Assembly: GCA_035556015.1 (NCBI GenBank)
Contig: DATMFU010000175.1
Span: forward strand, 1-51,364
Length of the DNA stretch: 51,364 nt
From: Niallia sp.
GTDB lineage: Bacteria; Bacillota; Bacilli; Bacillales; Cytobacillaceae
Direction: 5' to 3'
The notes below the pieces were generated by a model. The model was not told the DNA's origin. It made no database searches and saw only the letters and a list, made by a program, of their open reading frames with translations. Shown here one piece after another: positions 9,562 through 18,725 of the stretch. The translations under genes and the position numbers were made by a program. The number at the start of each line of letters is the position of its first letter. The stretch's first letter is position 1.

Positions 9562-9600
9562 AGGTCCTGTCTAACTGTTTAGACAGGGCCTTTCTCTATT
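9562..9600 (+). terminator. Intrinsic terminator
   Basis: AGGTCCTGTCTAA...TTAGACAGGGCCT followed by a T-rich tail. Confidence 0.8.
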
Positions 9601-9656
9601 TATAATCTAAAAACTCTACCATTTAAGAAGGATTTATCATTCCATCGTTTAATAGA

Positions 9657-9695
9657 TTTACTTAAATCTTAATAAACATTTACATGAAAATTACG
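9657..9695 (+). promoter_or_regulatory. Four PhoP-box-like hexamers at exact 11-bp period
   Basis: TTTACT 9657, CTTAAT 9668, TTTACA 9679, ATTACG 9690. Confidence 0.55.
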
Positions 9696-9813
9696 CTTAC
9701 TACATTTTTAGAAAATAAAAGGTTTTTATAATTAACTTTGTAATAAATGATAGGGACTAACAATATACATACTATCAGTTATTACCTTTTTAACATTTTC
9801 CAACAAGGAAGGG

Positions 9814-10905
9814 ATGAAATTAAACATGGGACAAGGTATGAAAAAGTTATTTGTACTAATAGGGGTTTTGGTTGCAGTTGTTCTTTCTGCATGTAGTAAT
9901 GAAGGCGCTTCCAATGAATCAGGAGATAAAGACACAAAGGCGTCAGACTCTGGAAACAATTTAGTAGTTTATACAAACTCTAATAGTGATGGACGTGCTG
10001 AATGGTTGGAAGAAGAAGCAAAAAAAGCAGGATTTGATGTTGAAATCGTTGGTGCTGGTGGAGGCGATATAACAAATCGTTTGATATCTGAGAAGGCAAA
10101 TCCAGCTGCTGATGTTGTTTTTGGTCTTAATCATATGTTTTTTGAACAATTAAAAGCAGAAGATATTATATCTGCTTATACTCCAGTATGGGCTAATGAA
10201 ATAGAGGAAGGAATTAATGATTCGGAAGGCTATTACCATGGTTTAGTAAAACAAGCTCTCATTCTATCCTACAATCCAGAGTTTGTCGAAGCAAAGGATG
10301 CTCCTGAAAGCTATCTCGACTTAGCTAATAATAAAGACTTTAAAGGAATTTATCAAGCACGAGACGATTTAGGTTCTGCAACAGCAAAAGTAATTGTTGC
10401 TAGTATTCTATCACAATATAAAGATACTGCAGGAGAACTAGGTATTTCTGATAAAGGTTGGAAAGCAATTGATAGTTATTATAAAAATGGAGTTCAAATC
10501 CCAGAAGGTGAAGATTATTTCTCTATATTTGCATCAGGGAAAGCACCAATTGGCACCATGATATCTGGTGAATTAGGAGCAAAAACGAAGCAATATGGAA
10601 CAGAGCCAGTTTTTATTCATCCTGAAGCTGGAACTCCATTAGTTGTAGAGAGTATTGCTGTTGTAAAGGGAACAAAAAAGGAGAAGCTAGCTCAAGAGTT
10701 TATTGATTGGTATGGTTCAGCTGAAGTACAAGGGGCTTTTGCAGCTGACTTCAATGCAATGCCTGCAAATATAGAAGCTCAAAATCAAGTTACTGACTTC
10801 CAAAAAGAAGTATTTTCTAATGTTAAAGCTCAAGATATTGATTGGGCGTTTGTTACAGAAAATATTGATGCTTGGGTAGAAAAGCTAGAATTAGAAATCT
10901 TCTAA
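9814..10905 (+). CDS. AfuA/FbpA-family ABC substrate-binding lipoprotein (probably binds a phosphoester, not iron)
   Basis: Lipobox LSAC; LVVYTNS, RLISEKANPAADVVFG, AQEFIDW; true start may be ATG 9826 or 9838. Confidence 0.85.
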   Translation: MKLNMGQGMKKLFVLIGVLVAVVLSACSNEGASNESGDKDTKASDSGNNLVVYTNSNSDGRAEWLEEEAKKAGFDVEIVGAGGGDITNRLISEKANPAADVVFGLNHMFFEQLKAEDIISAYTPVWANEIEEGINDSEGYYHGLVKQALILSYNPEFVEAKDAPESYLDLANNKDFKGIYQARDDLGSATAKVIVASILSQYKDTAGELGISDKGWKAIDSYYKNGVQIPEGEDYFSIFASGKAPIGTMISGELGAKTKQYGTEPVFIHPEAGTPLVVESIAVVKGTKKEKLAQEFIDWYGSAEVQGAFAADFNAMPANIEAQNQVTDFQKEVFSNVKAQDIDWAFVTENIDAWVEKLELEIF

Positions 10906-10944
10906 ACCATCCATCTGAAATTCCAAAAATTTATTAAAAATAGT

Positions 10945-10984
10945 AGGGTTAAAAATGATAGAGTATTTTCATTATTTTAACCCT
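10945..10984 (+). other. Intercistronic stem-loop after the SBP gene
   Basis: AGGGTTAAAA(A)TGA ... TCATTATTTTAACCCT. Confidence 0.55.
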
Positions 10985-11012
10985 TCTTTAAATAAGGAAA
11001 GAAGGAGAGTCT

Positions 11013-12041
11013 ATGATTACATTTGAAAATATATCCGTTAAATATGAAGATTTTATCGCCGTAAATAACTTGAATTTTAAAGTGAAAGAAGGAGAATTTT
11101 TTACATTTTTAGGTCCATCAGGTTGTGGGAAAACAACAACTTTGCGTACATTAGTGGGACTAACACATCCATCTTCAGGAAAAATTTACTTGAATGATAA
11201 AGACATTACAAACATTCCAACAGAAAAACGCGGTATTAAAATGGTTTTTCAAAGTTATGCACTTTTTCCTACTATGACTGTATATGAAAATATTGCTTTT
11301 GGTCCAAAGGTAAATAAAATAGACAAAAAAACAATTAAACAAAAGGTATATGAGATTGCTGAAAAGGTAGATCTTAGTGTGGAACAATTAAATAAAAAAG
11401 TCTCTGAATTATCTGGTGGCCAGCAGCAACGTGTTTCAATTGCTCGTGCACTTGTTAATCAGCCAAATATTTTAGTATTAGACGAGCCACTGTCTAACCT
11501 AGATGCTAAATTACGTGTGCAGCTTCGTAATGAATTAAAAAGATTGCAAAAGAATTTTGGGATTACAACTATTTATGTAACTCATGATCAAGAGGAAGCA
11601 TTAACTTTGTCTGATCGAATTGCAGTTTTTAATAATGGTGAAATTGAACAAATTGGTACGCCTGAAGAAGTTTATGAGTATTCTTCCTCTAAATTTGTAT
11701 GTAATTTCATAGGGGAAAGCAATGAAATTACATCATTAGTAACCAAGTATTCTGAGCGCTTCAATATACAAAATGTAAAAGCTAATCAAACCTTTTATAC
11801 ACGTATTGAAAAGGTAAAAGTATTTCCGTTGGATTATTCCTATTCTTTGGCAACAGATGAGTTAGTATTTGAAGGTGATGTAATCGATTCAGAGTATTAC
11901 GGTATTTATACGAAGTATTCAATTAAAGTAGAAGATACTCTCATTCGCGCCATTATAAAGGAAAAACTCCCGATAGATACACTGAATAATCAAAGGATTA
12001 AAATCGTCTTGAATAAAAAGCATGTTTTACAATATGAATAG
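11013..12041 (+). CDS. ABC ATPase, PotA/AfuC family
   Basis: GPSGCGKTT, LSGGQQQRV, LDEPLSNLDAKLR, VTHDQEEA. Confidence 0.93.
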   Translation: MITFENISVKYEDFIAVNNLNFKVKEGEFFTFLGPSGCGKTTTLRTLVGLTHPSSGKIYLNDKDITNIPTEKRGIKMVFQSYALFPTMTVYENIAFGPKVNKIDKKTIKQKVYEIAEKVDLSVEQLNKKVSELSGGQQQRVSIARALVNQPNILVLDEPLSNLDAKLRVQLRNELKRLQKNFGITTIYVTHDQEEALTLSDRIAVFNNGEIEQIGTPEEVYEYSSSKFVCNFIGESNEITSLVTKYSERFNIQNVKANQTFYTRIEKVKVFPLDYSYSLATDELVFEGDVIDSEYYGIYTKYSIKVEDTLIRAIIKEKLPIDTLNNQRIKIVLNKKHVLQYE

Positions 12042-12055
12042 GAGAGGAGCTAGAA

Positions 12056-13804
12056 ATGGATACTTCTAAAAAAAGTTGGTATAAAATGAATCCAGTTATA
12101 ATCATTTTATCCCTCTTTATTACATGGTTTATTTTTGCCTTCTTAGTTCTTCCTAATATTAATATCATTTATGATACCTTTTTTGGTTCAGGGGTATTTT
12201 CACTTGAACCGATTCAAAAACTCCTAAATTCTGAACGTGCTGTAAGGAGTATGTTAAATAGTATTCTATTGGCGGTAATATTAACTATTACGGTCAATAT
12301 TGTAGGAATTTCTCTAGTGTTGCTGACTAATTACTTTGATATTAAAGGTTCTGGTATTTTAAAGATAAGTTACTTTTCAACTTTAGTGTATAGTGGGGTA
12401 GCCCTAAATTTAGGATATAAGCTTGTTTATGGTGAAAACAGTCCTCTAACGAAAGGTTTAATGCAAATAAATTCGAATTTAGATGAAAGTTGGTTTACTG
12501 GGTTATTTGCTGTGGCCTTTGTAATGACGTTTGCTTGTACATCTAATCATATGCTATTTCTGTCAAGTGCTATGAGAAACGTAGATTATCAAACAATTGA
12601 AGCAGCAAGAAATTTAGGAGCATCTCAACTAACCATACTTAAAAATGTGGTGTTTCCTACATTAAAACCCACCCTTTTTGCCTTAACTATTTTGATTTTT
12701 TTAACAGGATTGAGTGCCACTTCTGCTCCATTAGTATTTGGAGGAAGGGAATTTGAAACCATCACTCCAATGATTCTAACGTTCGCCAAAAGCAGTAGCT
12801 CAAAAGGATTGGCTACAGTGTTGGCACTAATATTAGGTATTGTAACAATTATTGTTTTATCCTTTATGTTACGTTCTGAGAGAAAAGGCAATTATATGTC
12901 TATCTCTAAAACAAAAACAAATATAGTGAAACAGAAGATTAATAATAAACTAGGAAACGTGCTAGTACATATTGCTGCTTATGTATTGTTTATTATTTAT
13001 TCTTTGCCTGTACTGGCAATCATCATTTATTCTTTTACAGATTCTTTAGCTATTTCATCAGGTTCCATTACATTAAATAGTTTTACCTTCACAAATTACC
13101 AGAATGTCTTTTCAAGTATAGAGGCAATAAGTCCTTATATTATCTCCATTAGTTATGGATTTGCTGGTGCTTCCTTAGTTGTAGCATTCTGTTTATTATG
13201 CGCTTACTTGATGAAGAAATATAATAATGGATTAACTAAGACTCTAGATTATGCTTTAATGATTCCGTGGTTCCTACCTTCCACATTAATTGCTGTAGGA
13301 TTAACAGTCACGTTTAATACTAGTCAATGGATTGTGTTAAATAAGGTTTTCACTGGTACCTTTTGGTTACTGTTGATTGGGTATGTAATTGTTCATATAC
13401 CTTTCACCTTGCGTATTTCAAAATCTACATTCTTTGGTATTAGTCAAGAAATAGAAGAAGCAGCGAAAAATTTAGGAGCAAGTGCTTTCTATACTTTTAT
13501 TAAAGTCCTATTACCGATAATTTTGCCTTCTGTTTTAGGTGTGTTTTCCTTAAACTTTATTGGCATTTTACCGGATTATGATTTAACCGTTTTCTTATAC
13601 CATCCATTATATGAGCCATTAGGTATCACTATCATGAATGCTACCAAAAATTCTGTTGCATCTGACACGAAAGCATTAAATTTAGTGTATACGGTTATTT
13701 TGATGATACTTAATACCATTATTTTAACAGCCGTGTATGGAAACTTACGATTAAAGAGAAGAAAGGGTGGGAAACTTGGATCAGCTAAAAATAGCAACTT
13801 ATAA
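12056..13804 (+). CDS. Two-module ABC permease, AfuB/FbpB family
   Basis: Two EAA loops (IEAARNLGAS, EEAAKNLGAS); about 12 TM segments. Confidence 0.9.
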   Translation: MDTSKKSWYKMNPVIIILSLFITWFIFAFLVLPNINIIYDTFFGSGVFSLEPIQKLLNSERAVRSMLNSILLAVILTITVNIVGISLVLLTNYFDIKGSGILKISYFSTLVYSGVALNLGYKLVYGENSPLTKGLMQINSNLDESWFTGLFAVAFVMTFACTSNHMLFLSSAMRNVDYQTIEAARNLGASQLTILKNVVFPTLKPTLFALTILIFLTGLSATSAPLVFGGREFETITPMILTFAKSSSSKGLATVLALILGIVTIIVLSFMLRSERKGNYMSISKTKTNIVKQKINNKLGNVLVHIAAYVLFIIYSLPVLAIIIYSFTDSLAISSGSITLNSFTFTNYQNVFSSIEAISPYIISISYGFAGASLVVAFCLLCAYLMKKYNNGLTKTLDYALMIPWFLPSTLIAVGLTVTFNTSQWIVLNKVFTGTFWLLLIGYVIVHIPFTLRISKSTFFGISQEIEEAAKNLGASAFYTFIKVLLPIILPSVLGVFSLNFIGILPDYDLTVFLYHPLYEPLGITIMNATKNSVASDTKALNLVYTVILMILNTIILTAVYGNLRLKRRKGGKLGSAKNSNL

Positions 13805-14561
13805 CATCCGAATGGAAACACCTGCTGATGGAGAAGACTGTTGGAACAATCGTAAAGATAATATTGTTAAAATTATTCAAACGTATGACTTTGATATCAT
13901 GGGTTTACAAGAAGTAAAAGAAAACCAATTAAAGGATTTAAAAAAAATGCCGGAATACACATATTTTGGATTAGGTAGATCTAATGATAACAGTAACGAA
14001 TATAATCCCATTTTTTATAAGAAGGATAAGTTAAACTTACTAGAATTCGATACATTTTGGTTATCGAAGACACAGATAAATGGAAAAAAAGAGGATAGAT
14101 GGAATGCTGATTACCCTAGAATTTGTACTTGGGGTCGATTTCAAGTAAAACAATCAGGAAAAGAATTTTATGTATTTAATACTCATTTTGATCATCGTAG
14201 TGAAGAGGCTCGTTATCAATCTGCAAAACTATTATCCCAAAAAATATCTACTCTAGAGTTTGAAACTCCTGTGTTTCTTTTAGGGGATTTTAATGGTGAA
14301 ACAAATGAACGATTTTATCAAATACTATCTCATGAATGGCGAAACGTCGTAGAAGAATCTCCTTACCACGTTGGTCCCAAAAAAACTTGTACAGGAGTTG
14401 GCTTTAATCATGAGCTGAAATGGGATGAGTATGATTGGATCGACTATATTTTTGTAAATAATCATTCCATCATTAATAAAACAATAATTATAACAGACCA
14501 ATTTTATGGGCGTTATCCTTCTGACCATTTTGCTGTTTGTTTAGAAGCTACTTTAGGATAA
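13776..14561 (+). CDS. Endonuclease/exonuclease/phosphatase (EEP) family hydrolase, cytoplasmic
   Basis: TYNIR, GLQEV, NTHFDH, LLGDFN, IDYIF, PSDHFAV; no signal peptide; overlaps the permease stop; TTG 13776 has an AAAGGGTG RBS (ORF track starts at GTG 13767). Confidence 0.9.
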   Translation: MDQLKIATYNIRMETPADGEDCWNNRKDNIVKIIQTYDFDIMGLQEVKENQLKDLKKMPEYTYFGLGRSNDNSNEYNPIFYKKDKLNLLEFDTFWLSKTQINGKKEDRWNADYPRICTWGRFQVKQSGKEFYVFNTHFDHRSEEARYQSAKLLSQKISTLEFETPVFLLGDFNGETNERFYQILSHEWRNVVEESPYHVGPKKTCTGVGFNHELKWDEYDWIDYIFVNNHSIINKTIIITDQFYGRYPSDHFAVCLEATLG

Positions 14562-14577
14562 GCACTATAATATAATA

Positions 14578-14620
14578 AAACCAACTCATTAATTTTTATA
14601 ATGAGTTGGTTTCTTCTATT
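14578..14620. terminator. Bidirectional intrinsic terminator
   Basis: AAACCAACTCATTA...TAATGAGTTGGTTT between convergent operons. Confidence 0.8.
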
Positions 14621-14648
14621 AAAGCAAATGATATCTATTAAACTACTT

Positions 14649-15365
14649 TTAAATATCCTCTACAACTATATAAGTAGCTTTAATTGGTCCATGAACCCCT
14701 ACAACTAAAATCATTTCAATATCTGCTGAGTTACTTGGCCCTGTGATAAAGTTAATACAAGAGGCAACTTGTTCCCCATTTTTAACTTTTTCATTAATAA
14801 TACGGGCCGCTTGGGTCATACGAGGAACGATGCTGCTTTTTGGAATAATAATAATAGATGTTGATGGCAAGAAGCTAACAGTTCTCCCTTTATCTTTGCT
14901 ACTGAAGAGTACTGCTGTTCCAGATTCAGCAAGTGTAATATCACTAATGGTAATCCCTACATTGGCCACCTTGGCTTTATTAATATTTTCTTCTCCTTTG
15001 GTGTGATCCCAAATATGAAGATCATGCCCCTGTTGTGGCCAATCTTCTTTTATTAATGTATCAAGGCCAAATTGAGAAAAACGTTCATCTTTCCATGTAA
15101 CGATGGGACCACCACCATATTGTTCTACCACTTCTTTTAAGGATTCAGATAATTTGAAAGTAGAAGTTAAGACAAAATTTGTATGGATATTTTTACATTG
15201 TTCTCGTAATACGTCTACAAGATCATCTTGTGTAGCTTCTTTTAAAACTTCATCTTGAGGATGAAACTTCCAAACAGGTCTTTCCATTTCCGTTTTTTGT
15301 TTACGTCCTAGTTGGCTGGAGATTTTTCCTAAAAAAGCCTCACGATTTTGTATAGTACCTGTCAT
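14649..15365 (-). CDS. lutC: Lactate utilization protein C
   Basis: [27 protein letters not shown]; third gene of the operon. Confidence 0.95.
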   Translation of the reverse strand: MTGTIQNREAFLGKISSQLGRKQKTEMERPVWKFHPQDEVLKEATQDDLVDVLREQCKNIHTNFVLTSTFKLSESLKEVVEQYGGGPIVTWKDERFSQFGLDTLIKEDWPQQGHDLHIWDHTKGEENINKAKVANVGITISDITLAESGTAVLFSSKDKGRTVSFLPSTSIIIIPKSSIVPRMTQAARIINEKVKNGEQVASCINFITGPSNSADIEMILVVGVHGPIKATYIVVEDI

Positions 15366-16792
15366 GAATGATCTCCACCTTTCTTATGTTCTTTAAACCA
15401 ATCACGGAATCTCTCTTTATTTGGTGCTGGAAAGTCCCTTGATTCAGTCCACGCCTTCAAAGGTCCTGGTCCTTTTGAAATTTTACCATCCTTTGTAAAT
15501 GGAGACATAGCAGGTGCTGCTAGTTTTGAGCCAATTTTATAAAGAGCAGGGGATGAAGCACCAAAGCCGAATGCCTTCATTAAGATTTTTTCTGATACAG
15601 GTGCTCTACCTTCTTTTTCTACAATAACTTGGCGGTGCTTATGGAGAAGCTGGTGGAGTGGGATCTTCACCGGACATGCTTCTGAACAAGCTCCACATAA
15701 GGTTGAAGCGTATGGAAGCTCCTTATAATCATCATAGCCTCCTAATAATGGTGAAAGTACTGCACCGACAGGACCTGAATAGATAGAACCATAGGAATGG
15801 CCTCCGACATGACGATAAACTGGACATACATTTACACAAGCTGCACAACGAATACATTGAAGAATAGATTGGAATTCTCCTCCAAGAATGTCTGAACGGC
15901 CATTATCCACAATGACTAGGTGAAACTCCTCTGGTCCGTCAACATCTCCGTCGTCTTTTGGGCCTGTCAATGTAGTAATATAGCTTGTTAGTTTTTGCCC
16001 AACTGCACTTCTTGTTAATAAACTAACAAGGACTTCCATCTCTTCAAAGGTTGGAACTAGTCTTTCCATTCCCATGACAGTAATCTGAGTTTTGGGTAAG
16101 GCACAAACTAGATCAGCATTACCTTCATTTGTTACGAGCGTAATAGAGCCAGTTTCGGCTATGGCGAAATTACAGCCTGTAATTCCAATATCGGCAGTCA
16201 AATATTCTTGACGAAGCTTTTCACGGGCATGTAAGGCAAGCTCTTCCGGTTTTTCTGTTTGCTGATAGCCTTGTTTTTCTTTAAAAACATCACGGATTTG
16301 TTCCTTATTTTTGTGCAATGCAGGAACAACAATGTGGGAAGGAGGCTCATGATCATCAACCTGTAAGATGTATTCTCCTAGATCCGTTTCAATTACCTCG
16401 CATCCTAATTTTTCTAAAGCGGCATTTAAATGAATCTCTTCTGTCACCATCGATTTAGATTTTACGATTTTTTTGGCACTTTTCTTTTTTGCGACATTTT
16501 CAATATACTGTGTTGCTTCTTCAGCTGTTTGAGCAAAGAAGACATGACCTCCTCGTTTCGCAACATTTTCACTCAATTGATATAAATAATAGTCTAGGTT
16601 TTCTAGCACATGCTGGCGGATTTCTTCCCCATGTGAACGCCAATCCTCCCAGTTTCCTAACTCCTCAGCTGCCTGCAAACGACGGGATTGAAATCTTCCT
16701 TGTGCAGTGGAAACTGCGCCACGCATAAAGGAATCATGCAGTCCATTGTCCACACGTTCTGTGAACTTTTCTTCACTTGTTTTCATTGCCAT
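15362..16792 (-). CDS. lutB: Lactate utilization protein B (Fe-S)
   Basis: [41 protein letters not shown]. Confidence 0.96.
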   Translation of the reverse strand: MAMKTSEEKFTERVDNGLHDSFMRGAVSTAQGRFQSRRLQAAEELGNWEDWRSHGEEIRQHVLENLDYYLYQLSENVAKRGGHVFFAQTAEEATQYIENVAKKKSAKKIVKSKSMVTEEIHLNAALEKLGCEVIETDLGEYILQVDDHEPPSHIVVPALHKNKEQIRDVFKEKQGYQQTEKPEELALHAREKLRQEYLTADIGITGCNFAIAETGSITLVTNEGNADLVCALPKTQITVMGMERLVPTFEEMEVLVSLLTRSAVGQKLTSYITTLTGPKDDGDVDGPEEFHLVIVDNGRSDILGGEFQSILQCIRCAACVNVCPVYRHVGGHSYGSIYSGPVGAVLSPLLGGYDDYKELPYASTLCGACSEACPVKIPLHQLLHKHRQVIVEKEGRAPVSEKILMKAFGFGASSPALYKIGSKLAAPAMSPFTKDGKISKGPGPLKAWTESRDFPAPNKERFRDWFKEHKKGGDHS

Positions 16793-16826
16793 AGGTCATC
16801 CCCCTTTTCACAAATGTTTTATAGCT

Positions 16827-17543
16827 TTATTGATGATTCAAAACCTCAGCAATATGCATTACCTTAGTTGGTTTTCCTTTTCGATTAATACGACCACCAA
16901 TATTTAATAAACATCCGGCATCTGCACCGATTAAAATATCTGCTCCCGTCTCTTCAACTGTACAAACCTTTTCATCAACCATTTGCTCTGAAATATTTCC
17001 CATTTTAACGGAGAAGGTTCCTCCAAATCCACAGCATCTTTCTTTTCCTGGCAGTTCAGTAAATTCTAATCCCTCTACATGACTTAATAAAGTCATGGGT
17101 GCTTTTTTAACACCTAATAATCTCGTCATATGACAAGAAGTATGATAAGTTGCCTTTCCCTCTAATTTTGCACCTACATCTTCTACTCCTAACACATCTA
17201 CTATAAATTCAGTGAATTCATATGTTTTATCTGCTAGGGCTTGTGCCTTTGGTTCCCAAACAGGGTCATCCTTAAAGATGTGTGGGTATTCCTTAAACAT
17301 AAATGCACAAGAACCAGATGGAGAAACAACATAATCTGCATGTTCAAAGGTAGTAATCATACTTTTCATTGCTTCTTTTGAATCTTTTACATAACCACTG
17401 TTATAGGAAGGTTGACCGCAGCATATTTGTGTTTCTGGGAAATCAACCTCACATCCAAGTCTTTCTAATACTTCTACTGTTGCTTTACCTACATCACCTT
17501 GAAACATATCTACTAAACAAGTAGCGAAAAGGGTGACTTTCAT
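16827..17543 (-). CDS. lutA: Lactate utilization protein A
   Basis: [12 protein letters not shown], two CCG domains ([18 protein letters not shown]). Confidence 0.96.
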   Translation of the reverse strand: MKVTLFATCLVDMFQGDVGKATVEVLERLGCEVDFPETQICCGQPSYNSGYVKDSKEAMKSMITTFEHADYVVSPSGSCAFMFKEYPHIFKDDPVWEPKAQALADKTYEFTEFIVDVLGVEDVGAKLEGKATYHTSCHMTRLLGVKKAPMTLLSHVEGLEFTELPGKERCCGFGGTFSVKMGNISEQMVDEKVCTVEETGADILIGADAGCLLNIGGRINRKGKPTKVMHIAEVLNHQ

Positions 17544-17609
17544 TTTCCTCTCTCCCTTATACCATTCTTATTTCTTTTAACAACTTTAAATTTTGGATAA
17601 TTACTCAAC

Positions 17610-17625
17610 AGGTCATCAGATGACT
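17610..17625 (-). promoter_or_regulatory. LutR operator at the lutA promoter
   Basis: AGGTCATCAGATGACT, containing TCATC-N-GATGA; exact reverse complement of the lutP site. Confidence 0.85.
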
Positions 17626-17679
17626 AAATTATAAGAAAACTTATCTAATAGTTAATACTATAACAAATATTGAAATAAA

Positions 17680-17693
17680 TGAAAGTGTTTTCA
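17680..17693. promoter_or_regulatory. cre-like (CcpA) site upstream of lutA
   Basis: TGAAAGTGTTTTCA, with the central CG replaced by TG. Confidence 0.4.
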
Positions 17694-17729
17694 TTCTATT
17701 CTCAAAAAAAAATTTTTGGTTTTGTTTAT

Positions 17730-17760
17730 AAAAAAGAGCCTCCACTAGCATGGAGGCTTT
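17730..17760 (-). terminator. lutR intrinsic terminator
   Basis: AGCCTCCA-N6-TGGAGGCT with an A-run on its left (U-tract on the minus strand). Confidence 0.75.
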
Positions 17761-17777
17761 ATTCTAGTTTAATTCTG

Positions 17778-18503
17778 TTAAATTTCATCAGCATCAAAAA
17801 AATACTTTGTTAAGATGCTCTCGACGTTTTCAAGATGATGGATCATTGCTTGCTTTGCTCTTTCTTCATCTTTTTCTAATATAGCCTCATAAATGTTGGC
17901 ATGCTCTTTTACTAAATTTGTTATAGTAGTCTTTTTAGAGTATAAGCATAATCGCCTTGTTTCTTTCATCGTTTCAATCATTAATTCTGACACTTGACCG
18001 AGTAGTGTGGTCAATATGGGATTGCCAGCTGCAGTAGAAATAGTTAAGTGAAACTGAAAGTCTGCTTTTTCCCCCAGTTCTTCATCCCCTTTAACACGTT
18101 TCATTTCTTTAAGAGCATTTTCCATTTTCTCTAAATCATCTTTACTTCGATTTTTTGCAGCTAAAGCTGCAGTACCGGTTTCAATGATTTTTCTCACTTC
18201 TAAAAGATGACGGACATCTTCCTTTTTCATAAGAATGGCACTGGAAAGGGGGAAGGTCATTTGGTTTGCATTAAATTCTTTGATATATGTCCCTTCTCCT
18301 TGTTTCATTTCAACTAATCCCATTGCTTTTAAAGCAGACAAAGCTTCCCTAATTGCTGATCTACCTACTTGGAAGTTTTCTGCTAATTGTTGTACAGAAT
18401 CGAGTTTACTACCTGGTTGTAGCTTTCCGCTACGGATCATTTCTTGTAGAGCTTCCGTTACTTCTTCATAGATTTTTTTAGGTTTTATTTGTTTATATTC
18501 CAA
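17778..18503 (-). CDS. lutR: GntR/FadR-family lactate regulator
   Basis: YKQIKPKKIYEEV, wHTH VGRSAIREAL...QGEGTY, FCD domain; TTG 18503 follows a GAGGTG RBS (ORF track starts at GTG 18512). Confidence 0.92.
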   Translation of the reverse strand: MEYKQIKPKKIYEEVTEALQEMIRSGKLQPGSKLDSVQQLAENFQVGRSAIREALSALKAMGLVEMKQGEGTYIKEFNANQMTFPLSSAILMKKEDVRHLLEVRKIIETGTAALAAKNRSKDDLEKMENALKEMKRVKGDEELGEKADFQFHLTISTAAGNPILTTLLGQVSELMIETMKETRRLCLYSKKTTITNLVKEHANIYEAILEKDEERAKQAMIHHLENVESILTKYFFDADEI

Positions 18504-18629
18504 GCCGTCCACCTCATTGGTCCGAGTAGTATATTTATATTATACACGATGAATGCGTTTTATTTTTTCGAAAAATGTTCACAAAATTCTTGAAAACTGT
18601 TCATGGAAAAAATATAATAACAAACAAAC

Positions 18630-18645
18630 AGTCATCTGATGACCT
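18630..18645 (+). promoter_or_regulatory. LutR operator at the lutP promoter
   Basis: AGTCATCTGATGACCT just downstream of TATAAT. Confidence 0.85.
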
Positions 18646-18666
18646 TATCTTCAGATTAAAAGAAAA

Positions 18667-18680
18667 TGAAATCGTTTACT
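18667..18680. promoter_or_regulatory. cre-like (CcpA) site in the lutP leader
   Basis: TGAAATCGTTTACT against consensus TGWNANCGNTNWCW. Confidence 0.55.
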
Positions 18681-18725
18681 TTTTAGGGTGTAAGAAAGGG
18701 AGAAGTACCAAAAGGGGGAACCGTT

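Noticed and set aside
9814-13804. Calling the ABC system a ferric-iron transporter (fbpABC)
   Set aside because: No convincing Fur box seen; PhoP-like repeats and a coupled EEP hydrolase point to phosphoesters.
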